IMG/VR virus record: IMGVR_UViG_3300045988_125651
Strand: one strand, 5' to 3'
DNA from: a virus
Length of the DNA stretch: 64,000 bases
Shown here: positions 54,679-63,299 of the stretch, in pieces
Position numbering within the stretch: position 1 is the first letter of the stretch
Layout of the letters: each line of letters opens with the position of its first letter
Program-made: the position numbers and the translations under genes
Notes under the pieces: model-generated
Databases searched by the model: none
The model's input: the letters and a program-made list of their open reading frames with translations, nothing else
Told to the model about the DNA's origin: nothing

Positions 54679-55281
54679 TTATTTTCTTAATGATTTCCCC
54701 CTGAACACGATTTTCTTAGTTATCGCCCTCAGTCTGTCTACGGTTCGCTCCCCATATTTCTCCACCATCTTCTCTTGCGACAGATTGGTCGTAAACATCA
54801 GCAGCTTGCCTTTCTTTTCCGCCTCGTCTACAATGTCTGGGAACCTGAGGTTTCTGTTGCCATAATTTACATCCACCGATTCCTTGCCCACATCATCTAT
54901 ATATATAATGTGTTTCTTTACGATGTCGTCGAATTTACTGTTCAAGTCTTTCGCGTCATATAGAGAGATTATTTTGCGAGGGAAGTGATAAAAGTTAAAC
55001 AGCACCGGGAGAATCTTTGCGCCTATCAGCGTCTTGCCTCTTCCACACTCGCCACAAAGCCACAGGCCACGCCCCTTGTTGTCCGTCAGCCATTCCGCCA
55101 CTTCCTCGTATTCCGGCTGCCATACAGCGCCCTCACCGCAATAGTATTTCAGCCCGTTACACAGCAACAACTTTGCGTTGTCAATGTGTATGCTTACCTT
55201 CTTCGGCGACCCAAAGAAGCCTGTGCCTTGCAGCGCCAGCTCGTATTCCTCCCACACGGTTTTTATGTCTTTTCCTACCAT
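54679..55281 (-). CDS. DnaC/IstB-like AAA+ helicase loader
   Basis: Walker A GECGRGKT and Walker B IIYIDDVG. Immediately downstream of the initiator gene. Confidence 0.7.
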   Translation of the reverse strand: MVGKDIKTVWEEYELALQGTGFFGSPKKVSIHIDNAKLLLCNGLKYYCGEGAVWQPEYEEVAEWLTDNKGRGLWLCGECGRGKTLIGAKILPVLFNFYHFPRKIISLYDAKDLNSKFDDIVKKHIIYIDDVGKESVDVNYGNRNLRFPDIVDEAEKKGKLLMFTTNLSQEKMVEKYGERTVDRLRAITKKIVFRGKSLRK

Positions 55282-55853
55282 GTTTCTTCGTTTTTAAATT
55301 CGTCCTCCTCCTTATGATACACCATTCCGATGTCCTGCGAAGCCTTACGCGACAACTTCCTCTCGTCATCGTTCCGCTTCCACCTTGCCAGTCTCTTTGC
55401 TATCTCAAACGTCTTTTCCTTCTCAAAGCGCATCTTCCTTCCTCCTTCTTTTACCTCTGTCCAATAGTCGTAAAACTCTGCAAGCATCGGTCTTGGGTAA
55501 GTTCCGCTGAAAGGTTTGAGCTGCATTCCAAACGCCAACTTTCTGTCTTTAAGTTCCTGCTCGGGTGTCCGTTTGGTGTCCGTTTGGTGTCCGCCGACGC
55601 TATCTAACCCCTTGGGGTTCAGCGTAATAAGTGTCCGTTTGGTGTCCGTTTGGTGTCCGTTGGTATACAAAACCTTAAGATCATACAGTTCCGTGAGATA
55701 CCTGCTTGTCGTTGGTCTTGTAAGTCCAAAGCGCTCGCCCAATTCCTTCATTGACACGTCACATTCACCAGCCTTACCGCATTTTCTCTTGATGTAGATG
55801 TACATGCCTATCTTCACCAAGTCAAGGTCAAGTATCTCATCGGGAATAGTCAT
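55275..55853 (-). CDS. replication initiator-like wHTH protein carrying internal iterons
   Basis: N-terminal wHTH-like MKELGERFGLTRPTTSRYLTEL. The GHQTDTKRT peptide is duplicated because of the DNA iterons. Confidence 0.55.
   Translation of the reverse strand: MTIPDEILDLDLVKIGMYIYIKRKCGKAGECDVSMKELGERFGLTRPTTSRYLTELYDLKVLYTNGHQTDTKRTLITLNPKGLDSVGGHQTDTKRTPEQELKDRKLAFGMQLKPFSGTYPRPMLAEFYDYWTEVKEGGRKMRFEKEKTFEIAKRLARWKRNDDERKLSRKASQDIGMVYHKEEDEFKNEETW
55564..55661. repeat. two clusters of three 11-bp iterons GGTGTCCGTTT (candidate origin)
   Basis: Cluster 1 at 55564-55595 and cluster 2 at 55631-55661, ~35 bp apart, with 11-bp periodicity, inside the initiator gene. Confidence 0.7.
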
Positions 55854-55854
55854 A

Positions 55855-56133
55855 TTACAGCTTCATAAGATTATACCCGGTCACCGCATTAAACCACCGA
55901 CCTTGCCACTCTCTTGTGTCAATGCTTATGTCGCATCTCACAGCGTCACCATTGCCAAGTTGGTTCACCACGTCCACTTGCGCTCCTCTAAACGTCACTA
56001 CCACATTCTTCGGATATTGCAAGCTCGTCACATGCTCTATCACCACCTCACGTTCTCTCCACTCTCTGCCCGACTGGCTTATGCCGCTCTTCTCGGGCAG
56101 AATCTTTATTATCGGTCCTTCTATATGTATCAT
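55855..56133 (-). CDS. DUF3127-type OB-fold (SSB-like) protein
   Basis: ILPEKSGISQSGREW...VIE...QYPK...FRG...REWQGRWFN matches the DUF3127 pattern common in Bacteroidota. Confidence 0.75.
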   Translation of the reverse strand: MIHIEGPIIKILPEKSGISQSGREWREREVVIEHVTSLQYPKNVVVTFRGAQVDVVNQLGNGDAVRCDISIDTREWQGRWFNAVTGYNLMKL

Positions 56134-56194
56134 CTTAATTCAAAATTTATTAATTCAAAATCGGCAAAGCCGACAATTCCTAACTCGTAATTCC

Positions 56195-56614
56195 CTACAC
56201 CCACCCTGCGCCACCGCTCGCCAGCTCTGCCTTTGCGCTTCTCAGTCCCCTCTCGTCGTCCTTGTCTGGTATTATCACCTCGCTCATCGACGCATAATCC
56301 AGGAAGTTCCTTATCACGCTCGACATTTCCGCTGTAGTCAGATAGCACAACTTTTTCGGCTTCTTGCTATCCTCCGCGAGAAATATATGCGGACACACGT
56401 CCTGCTGTATCGTCCGTAGCACACTATAGAATGTCTCGCCCTGCTTGTATCCGTAGTAACTGATTATGAAGTTCAGATAAGCCATCTGCTTGTTCGTAGC
56501 CACCTCTCTGTGCTTCACTATGTCTATCGCATACCCGCAGTCGCGAGCCTTGTCTATCTCTCTCATAGCAGCCATATACTGCCTCGGGTCATTCAGCCTC
56601 TCAAAAGTCGCCAT
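56195..56614 (-). CDS. hypothetical protein
   Basis: 139-aa ORF. Confidence 0.65.
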   Translation of the reverse strand: MATFERLNDPRQYMAAMREIDKARDCGYAIDIVKHREVATNKQMAYLNFIISYYGYKQGETFYSVLRTIQQDVCPHIFLAEDSKKPKKLCYLTTAEMSSVIRNFLDYASMSEVIIPDKDDERGLRSAKAELASGGAGWV

Positions 56615-56647
56615 ACCCCCTTACCCCCTTTCAAATTTATTTCATTC

Positions 56648-56866
56648 TTAATGCATCAAAATAGCACCATCATAACGTTGCCATTCTTCAAGCAACATCT
56701 TTAGATATTCTCTTTTGGCTTCGTTTACTAATTTCTGCTTCCACTTTGTGCAGCGTCCTTTTACAACAAATTTGTCACAAGGGATTACCAACAATCCGCT
56801 TGACGTGTGTCGCATATCACGCTCAACGTGCTTCGCTGCCTTCTTTTTCTTCCTCGGTACTCTCAT
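56648..56866 (-). CDS. hypothetical basic protein
   Basis: 72-aa ORF. Confidence 0.5.
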   Translation of the reverse strand: MRVPRKKKKAAKHVERDMRHTSSGLLVIPCDKFVVKGRCTKWKQKLVNEAKREYLKMLLEEWQRYDGAILMH

Positions 56867-56880
56867 GAAGCGAATCGTTT

Positions 56881-57096
56881 TTAAAGTTCATCAAATTCTT
56901 TTTGCAAACGTTTCCGTGTCTCCCTTAATAAACCAATAAGTTCCTGACGAAACACGATGTCGTTTTCTACAAGAATTTCAATACCCTTATATGCCGCTTC
57001 GTGTGATGCATCCATAATAAATATGGAATTAGTGCTTTCACAAGCATCTATACACTTACTCTTAAAGGTAGCTCTTTGATATACTCCTACTTCCAT
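56881..57096 (-). CDS. hypothetical protein
   Basis: 71-aa ORF. Confidence 0.5.
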   Translation of the reverse strand: MEVGVYQRATFKSKCIDACESTNSIFIMDASHEAAYKGIEILVENDIVFRQELIGLLRETRKRLQKEFDEL

Positions 57097-57109
57097 AATT
57101 TCTCCTTTC

Positions 57110-57829
57110 TTACATTAACACAATTTTCAATCCTTGCTTCGCCACCCATGTCGGCACACCAGTCTGTCCTGCCACCGTCAGCTCAGCGTGTTTCTTGTCC
57201 AGATGTCTCTCGCTTGCGTGTATCAGCGTTATCGTCTTCGCTGTCTTCCCTGCATCGCACATCTTCAAGTACTCCACACAATGCTTCAGACTCATATGGC
57301 TCAACCTTACTCTGTCTGCCATCGAAGGTGTTGTCCTACCCGTTCTCACCGCTTCATCAAGTATATCGTCCTGATAATTCGCCTCGATAAGATAATGCGA
57401 CACTCCCTTCACCACTTGATGCAGGTTCCAACAGTCCGTCGCAAATTCAATGACTCCGCACTCACCATGATGAATAAGATAAGCGAAGCATTCCACGTCA
57501 TGCTCAACTGCCAATGGCGTTACTGAGAATTTACCTAAATGATAAGTTTTCCCATGCTCCACCGCCGTAACACCAAACTTATTGTTCTCCTTTACAGCAG
57601 CTGTCGAGTATACGTCTATCCCGGCACTTGTAAACTCGCGCACATACTTACAATGGTCTCCATGTTCATGACTTACTATCATGCCACGTGCACGACTTCT
57701 TTTAAGCCTTCCAACCTCTTGATATTCTCTCAAATGACAGCCAGCCTCAATCAGAAGCTGGTCGCCATTCTCTGCTTCGAGCAAATAGCCATTGCCCTTA
57801 CTCGAACTGCCTACGATGCGTAGTTCCAT
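57110..57829 (-). CDS. metallo-beta-lactamase-fold nuclease/hydrolase
   Basis: HEHGDH (the HxHxDH motif). ATGA-type 1-nt junction with the RecT gene. Confidence 0.8.
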   Translation of the reverse strand: MELRIVGSSSKGNGYLLEAENGDQLLIEAGCHLREYQEVGRLKRSRARGMIVSHEHGDHCKYVREFTSAGIDVYSTAAVKENNKFGVTAVEHGKTYHLGKFSVTPLAVEHDVECFAYLIHHGECGVIEFATDCWNLHQVVKGVSHYLIEANYQDDILDEAVRTGRTTPSMADRVRLSHMSLKHCVEYLKMCDAGKTAKTITLIHASERHLDKKHAELTVAGQTGVPTWVAKQGLKIVLM

Positions 57830-58755
57830 TACTTAAACGGATTATCGTCCTCTGCAGCCGTGGCAGCTTCCGCGCTTGCAGCGCCATCATTCACCACTTC
57901 TCCCGTCTGTGCGTCCACGTTGATCACCTCCTTTGCTTCCGCAAATCCATTGTCTCTCGTAAACTCCGAGGGTATCGCCTCATCCATAGACTCAATTTTC
58001 TGACTACTCTTGTCGTCAACGGACAATTCTCCCCATTTCGAAAGCAGTCTACGCAGTACGGTCTTTAACGCCATGCTTTCAAAATTCTGAAACCATCCAA
58101 CTCCATCATTGAAAATCAATGCGGACTGTTTCAGGGCAATCTCTTTTAAACCATTTGCATCTATATTACTGTATTTTACTGTTGGGGCGAATGCCTTTGC
58201 ATAGGCGCATATTTCGTCTATTGTCATGTAAAGAATTTTGGCAAATCCATCCTTCTTTCTCATATAAGCGAAATAGCCGATAGGCGTGTTACTTTTTTTG
58301 TTTTCAGTATACAACTGCAGTTCTCCAGTTATTTTATTAAAGCCGCCGTATTCACCTTCATATACGACGTCCATGTTAAGGGTTTCATATTTGCCTGTAC
58401 GTAAAGCAAGGTTGACATAGCCCTTCACGCCAATTACAAGTGAAGGCTTTAACTTACCCTTACTTTTGAAGGGTAGAATATAACACTGCCCTAATTGTTT
58501 GTTTAGCGGGAGTCGCAACGATGCAGCCTTGATTGCTTCTGCCATAAGTTCATTCGGATCACATTGCAATAGGGTTTCATCACTTGTTACAAGCTCCATG
58601 ATTGAGGTCGCAAACGCACCTGCATTCTCTTTCAATGCGTTTTGCATTAGCTGCTGATAGTAATTGTTTTCTGCAACCTTCTTGAATGCAGCTACCGCCA
58701 CATTCTTGTTTGATTTCTGTGGCTGTTTAGCCACCGCTGTTGTTGTCTGTGTCAT
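57829..58755 (-). CDS. recT: RecT-family single-strand annealing protein
   Basis: 308 aa. Has the central VIGVKGYVNLALRTGKYE-type core. Flanked by a nuclease and an SMC-like ATPase. Confidence 0.7.
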   Translation of the reverse strand: MTQTTTAVAKQPQKSNKNVAVAAFKKVAENNYYQQLMQNALKENAGAFATSIMELVTSDETLLQCDPNELMAEAIKAASLRLPLNKQLGQCYILPFKSKGKLKPSLVIGVKGYVNLALRTGKYETLNMDVVYEGEYGGFNKITGELQLYTENKKSNTPIGYFAYMRKKDGFAKILYMTIDEICAYAKAFAPTVKYSNIDANGLKEIALKQSALIFNDGVGWFQNFESMALKTVLRRLLSKWGELSVDDKSSQKIESMDEAIPSEFTRDNGFAEAKEVINVDAQTGEVVNDGAASAEAATAAEDDNPFK

Positions 58756-58961
58756 TTTTCTATATATTTTATCAGTTCTTCTTTACTTTTAAACACGTGC
58801 TCCTCCTTTACGGGAGGAAACACGCAAAACCTATATTGCACGAATGGCTTTGATGTACCAAGCACTTGCACGTCCACTCCTGTTATCTTGCAGGAGTGTG
58901 CTCGGTAATCATCCAGAAACCACACCGCTTCACCGATATTGTACTTAGTCTTTATGTCCAT
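58752..58961 (-). CDS. hypothetical small protein
   Basis: 69-aa ORF overlapping both neighbours. Confidence 0.55.
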   Translation of the reverse strand: MDIKTKYNIGEAVWFLDDYRAHSCKITGVDVQVLGTSKPFVQYRFCVFPPVKEEHVFKSKEELIKYIEK

Positions 58962-60993
58962 AGCGCTCTATCGTTAGCTCCTTGTCTTTTGTCACCATCA
59001 GTCTTATCTGCTGTCCTCCGTCATACAACGGATCCAGCACCGCCTCGGCATTGTCTATCATGCAAGGCACGTTCACTTGATAGTATTCCTTCAAAGCTCT
59101 CGCGATATCCAGTCCAGCATTCATCTTTGCAGCTGTGTTCGAGTCAGAATAGGGCACACCGTCCACCGTGCACTCACACCAAGGCTTGTCTGTTCCGTCC
59201 AACTGTCGTCTGAACATCGACCACTTCACCAGTCTAAAGTGTTTGTTTACGATGTTCTCCATAGCCTCGCAGGCCATCTTCTGATAGTCGCTCACAGCTG
59301 CTATCTTGTCGTCAAGCTCGTCAAGCTGCTCTTGCCATACCTTTCGGTCGTTCTTCACAGCCTTTATCTGCTCGTTCACCTTATCCCATTGTGTCCTTAC
59401 CGAGAGCCGCGCGTGTAGCGCATCCAACTCCGCCTCCTGGTCTTTTATCTTCTTTTCCAAGTCGGCCTTAAGCTTCTTGTCCTCTTCGCTCATGCCCTCG
59501 TCAGTCGGCTTCTCCTGCTCGGCCTCTATCTTCTCTATACGGTCGCACACCTGCTTGTATTCGGGATTCTCCGCAAGCAGTGTCTCTACACTCACCTTCT
59601 CATTCCCCTTCTTTACCTGTTCCTCCAGTGCCTTTTGGGCCTCTTTTAACACTACTTCTGCCTTGTCAAGTTGCGTCTGTGTAGTTTTCTGCTCCAGCTT
59701 GAAGCTTTCAATCTCCTTTTCACACGCCTTTACATCTTCTTTTATTTTTGTAGCGTCATTTCTCAGTTTCTTAAGGTCCTCAGCTTGGTTGTTGAGGAAA
59801 GCCTTTTCCGATTCCTCTTTTATCTTCTGCACATGGTCCTCAGGCAAAGGCTGCTTGCAGGTAGGGCAGAAGGCATCATCCTCGTTCCATTCCCATGTTC
59901 TTGCCTTTACAATCTTCCACTTTGCTGCTCCGTCTGCCATCTCTGCGTTAAGTTCGCTGATACGGGTGTTGCATCTATTTATAGACTCGTCATACGACTT
60001 TACCTTTTTCTTCAAGTCCTCTACAGTTTGTTCAGCTTCCGTCACAGCCTTATCACATGCTGTCTTTGCCTCAGCGTTAGCCTTTATTATCTCGCCCAAC
60101 ATGCGCTGTGCCGACTCTTCCATAATGCGCTTGCGCTTGTGGTCAAGGTTCAAAATGTTTATATTCTGCTGTTTGCGTACCAAGTCTGCACCACCGCCGT
60201 TTATGGTGTTCAGGCTATTGCGCATCTTGTCTATTTCCTGCCCTTTATCGTCAATCTGCTTCTCTATCGCGTTCCAGTCTTCCGCTTTTGGCACCACCTT
60301 GTTCAACGATCCAAGCCTTACGGGCACATCGTCAAGCTTGTCCTGTATTTCCTTGCGATTGTATTTCAGATGTTTCAGCTCCTTGTCGATGTCTTCCTTC
60401 TCAAGCAGCTCTTTCACAGCGTCAAAGCGTGCGTCGCCACCCGTCACATCCTCCACACTCGGAACGCCGTACATTTCGTTCAGCCTCTTGCGCTGCTCGC
60501 TCCATTCCATTCCTACAAAAGCATAAGGCGATGAACAGAGTCTGAACACCTTTTCCGGACAAATCTCGTCAACAACCTTCTTAAAGTCTCCAGCTGTCAC
60601 TACCTCTCCGTCCACCTTGTACGTGTAGTTGTTAGTCACGCTACCATCTTTCTTGCGTGTCTCGGTAAGTATTCGGGTTAGCAAATGGTTCCCTGTCCAC
60701 AAGGGTATGCCTTCAAGAAAGTCCGAGTCGTCACGCGTGCACAACCTAATCTCAACCGAGTGTTCCACATCTTCAATCTCGTTGCCGTGCTCGTCCTTGG
60801 TCTTTATACCAAACTTGGTGTCACCAGCTTGGTTCGTTCCAAACAGTACCCAACTAATAGCGTCTGCTATCGTCGATTTACCTATGCCGTTACAGCCTTT
60901 CACCACATTGATGCGGCTGCTAAACTCGTAATCGGCTTTTTCCGCACCCTTGAAGTACCTCAGGTGCAACTCGTAAATACATATCTCTTTCAT
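58945..60993 (-). CDS. Rad50/SbcC-like SMC ATPase with zinc hook
   Basis: Walker A GCNGIGKST. Long coiled coil with a central CPTC hook. C-terminal CMIDNAEAVLD Walker B/D-loop. Confidence 0.75.
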   Translation of the reverse strand: MKEICIYELHLRYFKGAEKADYEFSSRINVVKGCNGIGKSTIADAISWVLFGTNQAGDTKFGIKTKDEHGNEIEDVEHSVEIRLCTRDDSDFLEGIPLWTGNHLLTRILTETRKKDGSVTNNYTYKVDGEVVTAGDFKKVVDEICPEKVFRLCSSPYAFVGMEWSEQRKRLNEMYGVPSVEDVTGGDARFDAVKELLEKEDIDKELKHLKYNRKEIQDKLDDVPVRLGSLNKVVPKAEDWNAIEKQIDDKGQEIDKMRNSLNTINGGGADLVRKQQNINILNLDHKRKRIMEESAQRMLGEIIKANAEAKTACDKAVTEAEQTVEDLKKKVKSYDESINRCNTRISELNAEMADGAAKWKIVKARTWEWNEDDAFCPTCKQPLPEDHVQKIKEESEKAFLNNQAEDLKKLRNDATKIKEDVKACEKEIESFKLEQKTTQTQLDKAEVVLKEAQKALEEQVKKGNEKVSVETLLAENPEYKQVCDRIEKIEAEQEKPTDEGMSEEDKKLKADLEKKIKDQEAELDALHARLSVRTQWDKVNEQIKAVKNDRKVWQEQLDELDDKIAAVSDYQKMACEAMENIVNKHFRLVKWSMFRRQLDGTDKPWCECTVDGVPYSDSNTAAKMNAGLDIARALKEYYQVNVPCMIDNAEAVLDPLYDGGQQIRLMVTKDKELTIERYGHKD

Positions 60994-60997
60994 ATTA

Positions 60998-61204
60998 TCA
61001 CAATTTAGAATCCTTCAAATATATTGTCACACCGTTCAGGGTCTTAAAGTAGTTTATGTCGCCATCTTTCAACAGCTCCTTCATTACCTCCCTCAAATCC
61101 TCCTGTACGGCTGTCTTCAATTCTGCAAAGCTCACACCCATCGGTCTCTTTGTATCGTCGGGCATCATCTTCTGCAGCTTCTGTAAAACATATTCCTTGT
61201 TCAT
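60998..61204 (-). CDS. hypothetical small protein
   Basis: 68-aa ORF. Confidence 0.55.
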   Translation of the reverse strand: MNKEYVLQKLQKMMPDDTKRPMGVSFAELKTAVQEDLREVMKELLKDGDINYFKTLNGVTIYLKDSKL

Positions 61205-61320
61205 GTTATATTTTGTTTTATAGTTTCGTAGTAAAATATTGTTCTATTCTCACGAACCGAACAATAAGAGCTTTGTTTATTGAAATTTAAATCATCAGAA
61301 ATATGAGAATGAAATTATCG

Positions 61321-61399
61321 TGGGGGCAGAGGGAATCGAACCCTCACTTCGGAAACATCTCTTTATAACTCTACGCTACCCAAGCCGTAGTCACGCCCC
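61321..61399 (-). other. tRNA-like fragment / degenerate tRNA
   Basis: The minus sense ends GAGGG-TTCGATT-CCCTC-TGCCCCC-A, a canonical T-arm plus 3' acceptor strand. A CTAC-GGCTTGG-GTAG D-arm-like hairpin is present. I could form no anticodon stem, and the 5' GGGGCGT pairs only partly with the 3' strand. Confidence 0.4.
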
Positions 61400-61510
61400 T
61401 TAAAACTGTCCTATGCTCACGCACCAGACAGGCAAAAAGTCTTGTAATACACGTTATAGCCACTGCTATCATCTAACATTAATAACATTTTACATACCAA
61501 TATGAGCTTA

Positions 61511-61978
61511 TCAATTCATTCCTTTCAGTCGTTCGGTCTCCTTGCTGTAGTACTCAATAAGTTTCTCCAGTTCCCAATTCGACCATTTCTTCATTTCGTG
61601 CTTCCTCGATTCCAGCAATATCACTCTCTGCTCGCCAATCTTTCTTATCAACCCCTGGCGATAGTCAAGTATATTACCGTCCTTGTAGCGGTTACAGTGC
61701 CGACATTGCGCCGAACAATTGTCTTCCGAGAACCTTAGAGCCATGTTCGTTCGTGATATATAGTGTCCGCAGTCGGCTTGCTCAAACGGCAATACTCTTC
61801 CGCAGCTAATACATCTGAAGTACTTAAAGCCAAATTCCTTCGAGTCTCGCAAACGTATATACATCGAGAACACTCTATCAAGCTTATCCTTAAGCGATTT
61901 TGTGCTTCTCCATTTTCCCGTCCTTGCAGTTTTCCCCCAAGTGTCGGACTTGTTTTTATCTTTCTTCTTCCAAAACAT
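61511..61978 (-). CDS. ninG: NinG-like recombination protein
   Basis: CISCGRVL...ADCGHYISR...RFSEDNCSAQCRHCN matches the lambda NinG family pattern. Confidence 0.7.
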   Translation of the reverse strand: MFWKKKDKNKSDTWGKTARTGKWRSTKSLKDKLDRVFSMYIRLRDSKEFGFKYFRCISCGRVLPFEQADCGHYISRTNMALRFSEDNCSAQCRHCNRYKDGNILDYRQGLIRKIGEQRVILLESRKHEMKKWSNWELEKLIEYYSKETERLKGMN

Positions 61979-61982
61979 ATCC

Positions 61983-62165
61983 TTAGTATATTTCCTCCTT
62001 TCTACCCATGTCGGCAGAACGTTGTTTAATCTTCAAGATCAGGCAGTGTATCCGCCTCATGCGCCACTCGAATAGCCTCAGCGAGCAATCCCTGTCACTC
62101 TCGAGCAGCTTGTATATCTCGTCAACCCTATCTTGATAGGTGCGTGTCGTAAAAAGTTGCAGCAT
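61983..62165 (-). CDS. hypothetical small protein
   Basis: 60-aa ORF. Confidence 0.45.
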   Translation of the reverse strand: MLQLFTTRTYQDRVDEIYKLLESDRDCSLRLFEWRMRRIHCLILKIKQRSADMGRKEEIY

Positions 62166-62293
62166 AGCATTGGTTTTAAAGATTAAAAAAACTGCCTATC
62201 CTCCCGAACCAACAGTCTGAATAGTCTAACGGCACAGACTCCTCCGTGTCACATCTTAAACAAACTGCTTTAATATCTGATTGTCAGCTTTCT

Positions 62294-62497
62294 CTATTCT
62301 TCAAACATCGGCAATCTCACCTTCCTCCCCCCTAAGGAGTCCAAGGCCATCTTGCGTATGTTCTGTGCCACGCTCGAGTGCGAACGGTAAGCAAGCGCAT
62401 TGTACACAGCTGTTCTTTTATATCCAAACCGATTCATCAGTACGGAAATTTGTTCCTTTGGAACAATTATTTTCGTTTTATTTATCAACTTTGCCAT
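62294..62497 (-). CDS. small Cro-like DNA-binding protein
   Basis: I preferred the start at MAKLINK (62497). GYKRTAVYNALAYRS is an HTH-like segment. First gene after a canonical promoter. Confidence 0.5.
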   Translation of the reverse strand: MAKLINKTKIIVPKEQISVLMNRFGYKRTAVYNALAYRSHSSVAQNIRKMALDSLGGRKVRLPMFEE

Positions 62498-62533
62498 ATT
62501 ATCTGTATATTTGCACAATAAATAAGTTTATGT

Positions 62534-62550
62534 AACGGTTGTAAACCGTT
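62534..62550. promoter_or_regulatory. operator-like inverted repeat AACGGTT-GTA-AACCGTT
   Basis: 7-bp arms at 62534-62540 and 62544-62550, between the minus-strand promoter and the Cro-like gene. Confidence 0.4.
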
Positions 62551-62559
62551 TTACCGATG

Positions 62560-62591
62560 CAAATGTACAATTATATGGGCAACCGCCCAAA
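62560..62591 (-). promoter_or_regulatory. Bacteroides-type promoter for the minus-strand operon
   Basis: On the minus sense, TTTG (62588-62591), a 20-nt spacer, then TACATTTG (62560-62567). Confidence 0.55.
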
Positions 62592-62598
62592 TATTTGG
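62587..62598. promoter_or_regulatory. perfect 12-bp palindrome CCAAATATTTGG
   Basis: Contains a TTTG box on each strand, at the centre of the divergent regulator region. Confidence 0.5.
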
Positions 62599-62662
62599 AC
62601 ATAAAACTACTTTTTATTTATATATTTTTACATACGATTACATTAATAAACATTTTACAGTT

Positions 62663-63025
62663 ATGACAACCATTACCGAACGCCTCGAAGCCCTACGCCG
62701 ACATTACAACCTCTCGGCTCGTGGTCTTGCCGATCGTCTTGACCAGCGTCCGTCTACCGTCGTAAACTATTGCAACGGCTCACAGCCACCTAAGTTGGAG
62801 TTTATCGAACACGTGTTACAACTCTTCCCCGACATTTCTGCCGAATGGCTTATACGAGGCAAAGAGCCAATGCTCGTCACCGAGCATCCCGACCTTGCCG
62901 TGCTTAAGAAGAAGTACGAGACAGAAATACTCGTCAAGGAAGGCATCATTAAAGAGCTGCGCTCCATTATTCTGGAGAAAAACCAGAACAAGCAGTCTCC
63001 CGACCGTCAACAACTTGTAGGGTAG
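62663..63025 (+). CDS. HTH transcriptional regulator (XRE-like)
   Basis: LSARGLADRLDQRPSTVVNYCNGSQPPKLEFIEHVLQLFPDISAEWLIRG is a typical HTH plus W-L-x-x-G tail. Confidence 0.8.
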   Translation: MTTITERLEALRRHYNLSARGLADRLDQRPSTVVNYCNGSQPPKLEFIEHVLQLFPDISAEWLIRGKEPMLVTEHPDLAVLKKKYETEILVKEGIIKELRSIILEKNQNKQSPDRQQLVG

Positions 63026-63065
63026 TCCCGTTATACCCTTGGCTTAAAAAAGACGATTAAAGCCA

Positions 63066-63102
63066 ACAAAAAAAGGTAGCTGTCCTCACGGATGGCTACC
63101 TT
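63066..63102 (-). terminator. rho-independent terminator for a minus-strand transcript
   Basis: The minus sense reads AAGGTAGC-N14-GCTACCTT followed by TTTTTTTG. Confidence 0.6.
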
Positions 63103-63299
63103 AGCAATAAGGTTATGCAACTAAAAACGTAACTAATAACAAATCTTATATTAATTTCTTCGCGACTTCTCTATACCATATCGACTTTTAAAAGTTTTGT
63201 TCAAAATAAAGAGAAAGAAACAAAGAGAAAATACAATAATTTATCATCAATATTCTTCATTAAACTTCTAAAAGAGTTTCAGAAGGCTGATGCTTTTTG

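Noticed and set aside
55564-55661. CRISPR-like array (short direct repeats), also considered for 37568..37725
   Set aside because: The units are 11 bp, contiguous and without spacers inside a CDS, which makes them iterons. The 43-bp units are degenerate tandem repeats without unique spacers, and no cas genes are present.
59306-60534. Plus-strand ORFs of 406 and 287 aa antisense to the Rad50-like gene
   Set aside because: These are Ser/Phe/Leu-rich shadow frames of a coiled-coil (K/E-rich) gene. The sense gene has clear Walker A/B and zinc-hook motifs.
61321-61399. Calling this a functional tRNA gene
   Set aside because: The T-arm, 3' acceptor strand and a D-arm-like hairpin are present. By eye, no anticodon stem can be formed and the acceptor stem is only partly complementary. 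I kept it as a tRNA-like fragment.
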